IMG/VR virus record: IMGVR_UViG_3300023059_000283
Coordinates: 1-40,398 of that record
DNA: 40,398 nt
Source: a virus
Taxonomy: Duplodnaviria; Caudoviricetes
Reading direction: 5' to 3' (one strand)
Of the stretch, positions 34,101 to 40,398 are shown piece by piece (within the stretch, counting starts at the first letter, position 1; every line of letters starts with the position of its first letter). A program made the translations under genes and the position numbers. Under the pieces are notes generated by a model that ran no database searches, was not told the DNA's origin, and saw only the letters and a program-made list of their open reading frames with translations.

Positions 34101-36322
34101 ACGCCCAGTTCCAACAGGGCAGCGTCGCCACGCAGTGGCAGCCCAGTGCTGTGGAGGCTGCCGCAGCGCTCGCCGCCAACGTGGGGTTGGCCACGACGCT
34201 CAGCGGCAAGGTGACAACGCTGGAGGGCACGACGACTGCTCAGGGCCAAGCGATTACCACGGTGAGCGCAGGGCTCGCACAGGCGAACAGGTCAGGCAGC
34301 AACATGGTGGTCGACGGCAGCTTTGAGGGGCGCGCCTCCGGCACTGCGCTGGCTGCCTGGGCGGTAGTCGGCACAGGCGGACGCACTGGCACCAACGCTC
34401 TGGCGGTGAGCGGTGATGGCGTGGCGCGCAGCACCGTTATTCAAACCTTCGACGTCACACCGGGCCGTACGTACTACGCGGAGGCTTGGGTCAAGCGGGT
34501 GGGTAGCGCAACGGGCGGCACCATCCAGCTGCGTGGCAATCTGTCGCTCAATGGGGCTTCGGCCACCTATCCGTACTTCCAGCAGCTCAACGTTTCGCAG
34601 TTGAGCACTGAGGACTGGGTAAAGATCAGCGGCAAGCTGACCATTCCGGAAGGGAAGAACCAGCTGCACTTCCAGGAATATCACACTGGCAATCTGGTTG
34701 CTGGCCAGCAAATCCTCTGGGATGACTTCGTGCTGCTGGATGTGACCGAGGCGGCGGCGGCCCAAGGAGTCGCTGACGCGGCCGCCAGCGGGCTCAGCGC
34801 GCTGACCACGACTGTCACGCAACAAGGTGGCCAGCTCAGCGTTCTGGGGCAGCAGGTCAACCAGGTCGGCGCCAGCGTGGCTGGCAAGGCAGACGCCGGG
34901 GTGGTGCAGACACTCACCGCAAAGGTTGATGCATCAATCGCAGGCGGCGGAAATCTTCTATCCAACACCCTTTTCAAGGACGGGCGTAGAGGGTGGGGTT
35001 GGTGGAACTCCGGAAACGGAACCTGGCAGCAGCTTGGCCTTGTTGCTGGCCCGGAATGGGCTCCGCCTGGCTTGGCCCATTTCGGTGGGTTTGCACCCTC
35101 GAATCTCGCCTTGAACACCCAGTTCTGGGCCGGTGATGAACAGCCCGTGCCAGTTGTGGCTGGGAAGCGTTACTGCTTCTCCGCCTATATCAACTGCCAC
35201 CGGGTGGGATTGGCTCTGCTGATCTCCTTCAGGGACGCCAACGGCAACACGGTTGGTGAGCAGTATTCCGGTCCAGCGGATGCCACGAACGTCCGCCCGC
35301 CCATCACCCTGGACAGGATGAAGCGCTTGAGCGCGTCGATGGTGGCGCCGGCCAGCGCAGTCTATGCAAGGGTCGGGTTCTATCTGAGAGGTCTGGGCCT
35401 CAGCAACAACGAGGGCAACTACTTCTGGATCTTCCAACCTATGCTGGAAGAGATGCGCGAGGGGCAGACGGGCCCGTCCCCGTACTCGGCGGGCGGAGGC
35501 GAGACTCTGGCTGGCTATAGCCTCTACGTCACGGCCGACGGCTTGACCGGCGGCATGGTCACGAAGAACGACGGCAAGGTCGTCGACATGAAGATCTTGG
35601 CGAACGTTCTTCAGATCCTCAGTCCGAACCAGCCGGAAGGCATCGAGATGCGCGATGGCTACATCCGCGTATGGAAAGGGAACTCGCAGCGGATCATCGG
35701 CACCGGCTTTGGCAGCGGCGACCTGATGGACTACTTCGGTCCGAACGTGGGTGCCGGCGCCGCCAACAAGATGAACGCCACGATGTGGATGGATGTGAGC
35801 GGCAACGCGTACTGGGGCGGCTCGCTGTCGGCAGGCATCTGGAAGAACGCCAATCGCACCAGCAGCACCGCCGCCAATCCGTACGTCGAGGTCGGTCCTT
35901 TCGCGGCGCACGGAAAACAGCGGGTGGTGGTGGCGTCGTTCAGCACGTTTTCTCCGACCTACACCACCTGGTATGACGGACGATCCTCGAGCAACGAGCC
36001 GCCGCCGCCAGCAATCGTGACCAGCACCGTTCTACGCCTGCGTCGAAACTCGGGTGCAGGTTTGGAGTTGGTTTCCCAGCAGGCTTTTCCGGCATCCGCC
36101 GTATTGGTCAGCAACACCTATCACGATCGTGACGCTGGCATTCCGCAGTTGCCCAACGGCGGATGGCAGCAGCAGTACTACTTCACCTGCAGCGGCTCAT
36201 TCACCGCGACCGAGCAGGGGTCTACGTACCAGAGCTTCATCTACGAGGGCTCGCTCACCACCCAGGCGGTCCCGCAGATCGAGAACCAGACCATCGCAGT
36301 GGTCAGTACCGAAGAGCCATAG
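31148..36322 (+). CDS. Tail tip / central fibre protein with FnIII domain and repeated carbohydrate-binding-like modules
   Basis: DGVLIEW..Y.IER..GPW FnIII; coiled-coil linkers; repeated G.Nl..ns.F-headed beta domains; J-like C-terminal region. Confidence 0.88.
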   Translation: MQERKITLIDIGAGALPSVTPVTAQNSSWFPTVYVSAETPPVDGVTPEPVADGVLIEWDAVDQAGVVYIIERGASQNGPWTEIHRTTETRYLYSDGSGQKWFFRITASVRGKPGQGTVVEATPAPTTAELIAAQQKLDKEIVDRALADANEAASRVRDIALVNAGLVQEAQTRVTQIGQTMDAVATESQARATQLLNEKMERQAAITAVSETQQNGFDSLSRALSEVAAGSGTQFDSKTIWHFTTTVEGWGSNGGAPALNDGWLRPTNNSASYAQSPAALGIDGNAYRFIKLRMRRTGNPVWLGLVRWTTEADQAWNDGKSKKVAQPAFDAAGVATVDISDIPWSGPSPIRQVRIALTRGQTVNDYVEYDYIAIGRPAPGASVALVQEETQARVTALAAEASQRNTLAVRMVGSYTGTDLSQAQGFVGDERSARVAADSAQVQRISTMEARLPAGTGQLATTAAVTQLQEAMVAADQANSQATTTVNSKLTGLRMTGDNIVPNSNFATGMEWWTRTVGPAGNSIEWGAASGDGGPGVVIGRGSTASSPWIAANEAAWQPVKAPRRFRAIFKARAVGTGGNVLMRQHVRDAALVEGVSDVTVAVTNTAWQRYTVDWSEVGPTRIEARFTAYVTTVGATVAFDRIEIYDVTDLVANELTASGLQALTTRTSSIEGIQTAQATLIGQVQSGLAQTNGNVTAAQQAAQAAADAAGAKGKVIYGAATPAVADRLPQNLWIDSTGNANTPKRWNGTAWAAVSDKVATDAAAAAAAAQQTANAAQSQATANAGALSTLDTKVTQQGAALTAQGEAITAVNIRADGLAAGLANIGGDNLLIDSSFETSTNANTPAPNWASSSSGSAVARYGVSDLPGSSRFLSISSTLTGASSYVGIEPAVAMRPKVKVGESYVWSIWAKGTPGALFRMYTQYVNAAGSPVNTVQQDFVLTDAFTRFVINPSLAGEGAVAARAICRVFGSAAGSALYQLDVDNAQFQQGSVATQWQPSAVEAAAALAANVGLATTLSGKVTTLEGTTTAQGQAITTVSAGLAQANRSGSNMVVDGSFEGRASGTALAAWAVVGTGGRTGTNALAVSGDGVARSTVIQTFDVTPGRTYYAEAWVKRVGSATGGTIQLRGNLSLNGASATYPYFQQLNVSQLSTEDWVKISGKLTIPEGKNQLHFQEYHTGNLVAGQQILWDDFVLLDVTEAAAAQGVADAAASGLSALTTTVTQQGGQLSVLGQQVNQVGASVAGKADAGVVQTLTAKVDASIAGGGNLLSNTLFKDGRRGWGWWNSGNGTWQQLGLVAGPEWAPPGLAHFGGFAPSNLALNTQFWAGDEQPVPVVAGKRYCFSAYINCHRVGLALLISFRDANGNTVGEQYSGPADATNVRPPITLDRMKRLSASMVAPASAVYARVGFYLRGLGLSNNEGNYFWIFQPMLEEMREGQTGPSPYSAGGGETLAGYSLYVTADGLTGGMVTKNDGKVVDMKILANVLQILSPNQPEGIEMRDGYIRVWKGNSQRIIGTGFGSGDLMDYFGPNVGAGAANKMNATMWMDVSGNAYWGGSLSAGIWKNANRTSSTAANPYVEVGPFAAHGKQRVVVASFSTFSPTYTTWYDGRSSSNEPPPPAIVTSTVLRLRRNSGAGLELVSQQAFPASAVLVSNTYHDRDAGIPQLPNGGWQQQYYFTCSGSFTATEQGSTYQSFIYEGSLTTQAVPQIENQTIAVVSTEEP

Positions 36323-36396
36323 GCGGCCATGCCGCACAGTTCCAACCGCTGACGCGGCGACCAGCGCTCCAGTCGCCGCACAAATAGGAGAGATCC

Positions 36397-36594
36397 ATGA
36401 AATTTCGTGCAAAGCTGCAGATGGAAATGAAAACGGCAGACCAGCGCGGCGTTGTTACGCTTAGCTTCGTGCCGCTCGACGCGGGTGTGCCGCAGATGAC
36501 GTTGTCGGTGTCGCCGGCGGATGCGGCCGGTATGGAGGTCGGTCGGATCTACGGCTTCACCGCAGAAGTCGAACCGGAAGACGAGGCCGCCTAG
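36397..36594 (+). CDS. Small hypothetical tail-associated protein
   Basis: AGGAGA RBS; 65 aa beta-rich; follows the tail fibre. Confidence 0.65.
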   Translation: MKFRAKLQMEMKTADQRGVVTLSFVPLDAGVPQMTLSVSPADAAGMEVGRIYGFTAEVEPEDEAA

Positions 36595-36598
36595 GGCC

Positions 36599-36685
36599 TC
36601 AAGCCACCTGGTCCAGCAGCGCGGCTTGGTTGTTGCGGGGCGTGTTCACGGCCCGGCTTACGCGATAGGCCTCCATCGCCGGTGG
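36599..36685 (-). pseudogene. 3' remnant of SOS-response-associated peptidase (SRAP/YedK)
   Basis: Minus strand reads PPAMEAYRVSRAVNTPRNNQAALLDQVA-stop, matching the SRAP C-terminus; the rest of the gene is absent. Confidence 0.7.
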
Positions 36686-36710
36686 GGGGGGGCAGCCTGG
36701 ACGGCTCACA

Positions 36711-37025
36711 TCACTCGCTCATACCGGCCTTACTGTTGGCCATGGCGATCAGGCGAGCGGCGGCATCCGATCCCGTCGGAAAGCGCTCGATGAACTCTGC
36801 AAAGCGCGCCCCCGATATTGCCTGCCTGGATCCGCACTTTGAGCAAACGATAGCTGCTCCGCCCCCGGGAATGTTAGTAAGCCCTGGCTCTTCGCAGACC
36901 GTAAAAAGATTGAAGCAAGAAAGGCACTCGGCTCGTACAACACCTACAGGAGGGTACGTGGTGTTGTCCGGAACAGAGTCCGCAGGAGCCACCTCGTAGA
37001 GGTGGAACTTGCCAGTGTTCGGCAT
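36711..37025 (-). CDS. Zn-ribbon protein
   Basis: CLSC...CSKC pair; GAGG RBS. Confidence 0.7.
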   Translation of the reverse strand: MPNTGKFHLYEVAPADSVPDNTTYPPVGVVRAECLSCFNLFTVCEEPGLTNIPGGGAAIVCSKCGSRQAISGARFAEFIERFPTGSDAAARLIAMANSKAGMSE

Positions 37026-37240
37026 TTCTGGACCTCGGTGCTTGTCGTGCTGACTACTAATTCAACGGCAGGAGCGTAGAGATCGCGAGGTGAACGTGAT
37101 GGCTACCTCATTTCGCGTAGATTTCACACTGGGTCATGCGACTGAGGCTGAAGAATTCAGATTAGACTCGTGGTCTTTAACGTGCCCTTTGCCAAAATTG
37201 CTGGAGGATTTGCGCGTGGCCTAAGCAAAGGAACAGCAGT

Positions 37241-37675
37241 TTGCCCATTAGAGCATTGGTGTATACGAGTCAGGTTGCTCCCAGTCTTGGCCTGGATCAG
37301 GTGGACGATCTCGCCCGAGATGCGGCCCGGTTCAACCTACAGGCGGGTGTAACAGGTGTGCTGCTGTTTGATGGGGTTCGATTTCTCCAGTACATTGAGG
37401 GACCGGAGGACGGCGTAAGTGTCGTCTATGCCCGCATCGTGACCGCGACGAGCCACTTCGACTTGAGGGAAATTGCGCAAGGCGACGCGGTCGGAAGGTG
37501 CTGTCCGTATTGGTCGATGCGATGGGTGCCCGCAGACCAAAGCGAAATTGATTTCATTTCGCTTGGCGATTGGTCTGGATTCCGGAGGGCCGGCACCGGG
37601 TGCGCACCAACAGGCGTTGATCGCCTTGCAGACATCATTGAGCCTCAGGTCGGCCTGAACTCGCTTCGTTGCTAG
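37241..37675 (+). CDS. BLUF-domain blue-light sensor (stand-alone)
   Basis: LVYTS, RFN..GVTGVLLF, FLQYIEG, H, WSM: conserved Tyr/Asn/Gln/Trp/Met of BLUF; AAGGA RBS before TTG. Confidence 0.92.
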   Translation: MPIRALVYTSQVAPSLGLDQVDDLARDAARFNLQAGVTGVLLFDGVRFLQYIEGPEDGVSVVYARIVTATSHFDLREIAQGDAVGRCCPYWSMRWVPADQSEIDFISLGDWSGFRRAGTGCAPTGVDRLADIIEPQVGLNSLRC

Positions 37676-37979
37676 GGTCGGATCCTTTGCTTGCGGACGG
37701 TAAAGCGACCGAGGCCGAAAGCTGCGCTCGAATGATGTGCAGCCCTTGGCGGAGGGCTGCCTGATACATGGGACCTGACCCACCCTCGGCCGGGTTGGCC
37801 GCGATGGCGTCGCCCGTGATGCGACCGAGAGCGTCTACTAAAACCTCGGGCCGTGGATGTGTTGCAAGCGTCAGGCGCAAGCCGTACTCAAGGGCCTTGA
37901 CATGCCCCATGAGCGCCTCGACTTGGCTTTCGAGTTGATCCAGCCGGTCGGCTGCTGATCTTCCTTCTTGATGCTCCAT
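37635..37979 (-). CDS. Hypothetical helical protein
   Basis: GGAG RBS; coiled-coil N-terminus; convergent overlap with BLUF. Confidence 0.6.
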   Translation of the reverse strand: MEHQEGRSAADRLDQLESQVEALMGHVKALEYGLRLTLATHPRPEVLVDALGRITGDAIAANPAEGGSGPMYQAALRQGLHIIRAQLSASVALPSASKGSDPSNEASSGRPEAQ

Positions 37980-38155
37980 GGCTTGCTCCGTGAGGTTCTG
38001 TGGGAGCGTACCAGTTGGCCACGTTTGAACGAGGCTGGGCCGTCGTGTTCGACCCGGTCCGGCGCTGAGGGGTCTGAGTCGCCCACCGCTGGGCCCTTTG
38101 CATCGCCCCGACGGCCCGTCGCGGAATCTGAGACCCCGGCCCGTATCCTGCGCCC

Positions 38156-38524
38156 ATGCTTCCTCCCTGCGACCAAACCGGATTCATGACCGCCCCTCGG
38201 CCACAAGGCTGGGTGCAGCACGGCGAGCATTGGGGGCTGTGGTGGAAAAATCGGCAGATCGCCAGCGTGCAGACCGACGCCCGCGGCGTCCGGGTCGTGT
38301 TGGCCTGCAGGAAGCTCTGGCAGGACAAAGAGGTGCGGGCGGCCAGCGTCCGTCAGGGAAAGCGCTACGCAGAGCGCTGGTGCGCAGCGCGGGTACTGGA
38401 TGGGGTGCCTCTGAAGGAGGCTGTGGCTCGACTGGTGGCCAACGACGAGCCAGCCCGCAGGCTCTCCCGCACCGAGATCCAGCAGCAAAGGCGCTTGGAC
38501 GCAATCCCGAACCCGAAGCTGTAG
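38156..38524 (+). CDS. Hypothetical prophage right-end protein
   Basis: Trp-rich 122 aa with AASVRQGKRYAERW; TATCCT -10-like element just upstream. Confidence 0.65.
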   Translation: MLPPCDQTGFMTAPRPQGWVQHGEHWGLWWKNRQIASVQTDARGVRVVLACRKLWQDKEVRAASVRQGKRYAERWCAARVLDGVPLKEAVARLVANDEPARRLSRTEIQQQRRLDAIPNPKL

Positions 38525-38590
38525 CGGCCTGAGTCAGCCGGCGTTGCCTCCGTATCGGCGCGTGCGACCGCCGGCGGCGACAGTGGGTCT

Positions 38591-38803
38591 ATGGATCAAA
38601 AGAGCATCGGCAAGGCGCGCTGGGCGCGCGCGAGGGCGGCTTCGCTATGGCAGCAGGCCGACGACCTGGACAGCAATCACGGCGGCGACTGGCGGGCGAG
38701 GGCGCAGCGGAGCAAGGGGGCGGACCGGCTCCGTAGGGAGGCAGCCCGCTTTGACGGCATCGCCAACCGGCTAGAAATCAGGCATGAGCTCAGCGCGGCC
38801 TGA
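38591..38803 (+). CDS. Hypothetical small basic protein
   Basis: 70 aa helical Arg/Ala-rich ORF. Confidence 0.55.
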   Translation: MDQKSIGKARWARARAASLWQQADDLDSNHGGDWRARAQRSKGADRLRREAARFDGIANRLEIRHELSAA

Positions 38804-38815
38804 GTTTCTTGGCGC

Positions 38816-39307
38816 TTACAGCGACCTGCGCGCATGCAAGCACCGCAAAAGCTCGTACACCCATGGCGCTCCAGTAAGAAGAAGCGCTGGGGTCAGGATC
38901 CACAGCCAGACATGAACTGGCTGGGGAGCAAGCTGGAGCGCCCATTCTGGTGCAGCCTGCCTGAAAACCCACGCGAGGAACAACCACGGAGCAACGTCCA
39001 AGATGCTGTGGATGTGCTGCTCTGCCGGCGAGATGCGACGTACGCCATCAGCACTGAGAGTATCCAAGTAGCCCGCAATCGCGTGAGCGACGACCACCGC
39101 TCCAAGCCCGGCGGCTAAGGAAAGAGTATGTGCCAACAGGAGCCACGCCAATGTACCGCAGCCAATTAAGCATAGCTGGACTCCGTGCAATACGCTCTCG
39201 CGCAAGCTGGAGGTATGCGCTATGTCGGTGCGCCGATGAAAGTGAAAGTCCAAGGCGCCCGCCAGAAGCCATATCCCGTAAAGGGTGGGCATCGTCCAAG
39301 AGATCAT
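38816..39307 (-). CDS. His-rich integral membrane protein of unknown function
   Basis: About 5 hydrophobic segments; D..FH...TS..ES.LH and H...D...R.SP.EQH.H motifs; start uncertain (39307 or 39376). Confidence 0.7.
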   Translation of the reverse strand: MISWTMPTLYGIWLLAGALDFHFHRRTDIAHTSSLRESVLHGVQLCLIGCGTLAWLLLAHTLSLAAGLGAVVVAHAIAGYLDTLSADGVRRISPAEQHIHSILDVAPWLFLAWVFRQAAPEWALQLAPQPVHVWLWILTPALLLTGAPWVYELLRCLHARRSL

Positions 39308-39491
39308 CCACTTAGCCTGGCACGACAACAGGTCAACGCCGCGCAAAGGCGGGTGGCGTGAATGCAGCGATCCCATGCTGCTGACCGCTTGGTCGACGAG
39401 GCCGCGCGTGAATTGGCAGCCATATCGGGGAAGATCGGCACAGCTTTGGCACAGTTAGATGCAAAGCCGTTGCGCTACATGGCTGCGTCGC

Positions 39492-39540
39492 CCCCCTCCT
39501 AAGGGGAAGGTCGCCCGTTCGAATCGGGCCGGGGTCACCA
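39492..39540 (+). other. Prophage att site: 3' fragment of tRNA-Arg(CCT)
   Basis: CCCCCTCCTAAGGGG anticodon arm, GCCCGTTCGAATCGGGC T-arm, CGGGGTCACCA acceptor 3' strand with CCA; no 5' half upstream. Confidence 0.85.
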
Positions 39541-39672
39541 ACCACAGTCGTAGCGTATCCGCGCCCCAGCTCATGGCCCCTGCGGAGCTACCGGATCCCA
39601 GGCCCTTCAGGTAAGCAAGGGTGTGATCGAAAGAGCGCCCCGGTCGTGAGTGCGCCCCCCTGATCCTGATGA

Positions 39673-40143
39673 TCATTCCCGGCGCTGCTTTTCCAATGCC
39701 TCGCTCACACTCTTGGCAGCAAACGCCTTGTATTCCTTCGAGAATGCCGTCAGCTGCTCCAATCCGGCCGGGACGCCGACCATGCCTGGCCGCTGGGCGT
39801 ACGCCTTCATGAAGGCGCAGTCATCCGGAAGCATTGACGAAAGCAGTTCGCTGTCGGCGATGCTTGGACTCCACATCGTTCCCTTCGCGGCCATCGGAAG
39901 GATGAACGTCATCTCCCCCGTGTAACCACCGAAACTGTTTTTGGAGTTCACGGTCCCACAGGCAACCTCTCCGTCGAACATCGGGAAGAGGTCCGTGACG
40001 ACGATCTTGGCGGAGTCGGGGTCCTTGAGGTGCTCCTTGAGCCCAGCTTCCACCCGTGCGATCTGCTTTTCGTGATCCGTCGGGCCGCACCCCGCAACCG
40101 TCAACACCATCGCAGCCAACAGTGCGCACTTCTTCATACCCAT
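39673..40143 (-). CDS. Lipoprotein (LKDPDS...CG.VNSKNSFGGYTG family), outside att
   Basis: AAGGAGG RBS; signal peptide with VAGC lipobox. Confidence 0.8.
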   Translation of the reverse strand: MGMKKCALLAAMVLTVAGCGPTDHEKQIARVEAGLKEHLKDPDSAKIVVTDLFPMFDGEVACGTVNSKNSFGGYTGEMTFILPMAAKGTMWSPSIADSELLSSMLPDDCAFMKAYAQRPGMVGVPAGLEQLTAFSKEYKAFAAKSVSEALEKQRRE

Positions 40144-40233
40144 TCCTCCTTGAATTAGGGAGCGAATGGTAGCTGAGCAAATGGTGCATTTACAGGGCCG
40201 GGTGCTCCGGCCACCGCCTTTCGGCCACTATGC

Positions 40234-40398
40234 TCACACCTTCCCCGGCCGCTCATAGTCCTCAGGCTTGGCCCCATGCTCCGCCTCCGGCATGTCCTTG
40301 TCCTTCCACCGGGCGTCATCGTTCCTCAACTTGTCCGGCGTGTGGCTCTTCTGCTGGTCGTCTTCTTTCGTGGCCGGGGCTCGCGGTGTCGTGTTCAT
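40234..40398 (-). CDS. Small hydrophilic hypothetical protein (54 aa)
   Basis: Open frame MNTTPRAPATKEDDQQK...ERPGKV from ATG at the window edge; below the ORF-track cutoff. Confidence 0.45.
   Translation of the reverse strand: MNTTPRAPATKEDDQQKSHTPDKLRNDDARWKDKDMPEAEHGAKPEDYERPGKV

Larger units (their letters stand above)
1..39540. mobile_element. Lambdoid siphovirus-type prophage (HK97-like head), left end outside the window
   Basis: Ordered set of immunity, replication, Q, lysis, packaging, head and tail genes, ending at a 3' tRNA-Arg fragment; no integrase within the window. Confidence 0.97.

Noticed and set aside
31148-36594. Diversity-generating retroelement or invertible tail-fibre system
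   Set aside because: No reverse transcriptase, invertase, template/variable repeat pair or alternative fibre ends seen by eye
36684-36692. G9 tract as a phase-variation switch
   Set aside because: Lies at a pseudogene junction with no intact ORF or promoter to switch
37045-37060. Possible Xanthomonadales LexA box upstream of the Zn-ribbon gene
   Set aside because: Only the TACTAA half matches; the other half-site is absent
38816-39376. Diguanylate cyclase as a BLUF output partner
   Set aside because: No GGDEF or EAL motif; the protein is almost entirely membrane helices
39460-39540. Intact tRNA-Arg gene
   Set aside because: No 5' acceptor strand or D-arm upstream of the anticodon stem; only the 3' part is present
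39333-39676. Minus-strand ORFs 39333-39545 and 39455-39676
   Set aside because: They read through the antisense of the tRNA fragment; typical spurious ORFs

Overview
Nearly the whole window (1 to about 39540) is one lambdoid, HK97-head, long-tailed (siphovirus-type) prophage in a GC-rich host. The gene content suggests Stenotrophomonas/Xanthomonadaceae, which is an inference. From left to right it contains: an excisionase-like gene and a leftward early operon of small ORFs; a two-gene accessory cassette downstream of cI; a cI/cro/cII switch with GTTAG-N7-CTAAY operators; replication genes with an iteron-like origin; a Ref-like nuclease; a Q-like antiterminator; holin, SAR endolysin, Rz and Rz1; HNH, terS, terL, portal, Clp protease and HK97 capsid; head-tail genes; tail tube; a -1 frameshifting tail chaperone; two putative tail-tip genes placed unusually before the tape measure; a 1724-aa tail-tip/fibre protein with five repeated carbohydrate-binding-like modules; and right-end cargo (Zn-ribbon protein, BLUF photoreceptor, His-rich membrane protein), the first part of which replaced an SRAP gene. 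The prophage ends at a 3' fragment of tRNA-Arg(CCT), the att site at 39492-39540. The integrase and intact tRNA are expected just left of the window. The best leads are the rexAB-position DUF6414-like two-gene cassette (candidate defence system), several small early proteins with QLxLF beta-clamp-binding motifs, antisense cargo genes bridged by translationally coupled ORFs, a prophage-borne BLUF light sensor, and a tail moron resembling a lipoprotein just outside att. Family assignments come from motif recognition by eye, not database searches.
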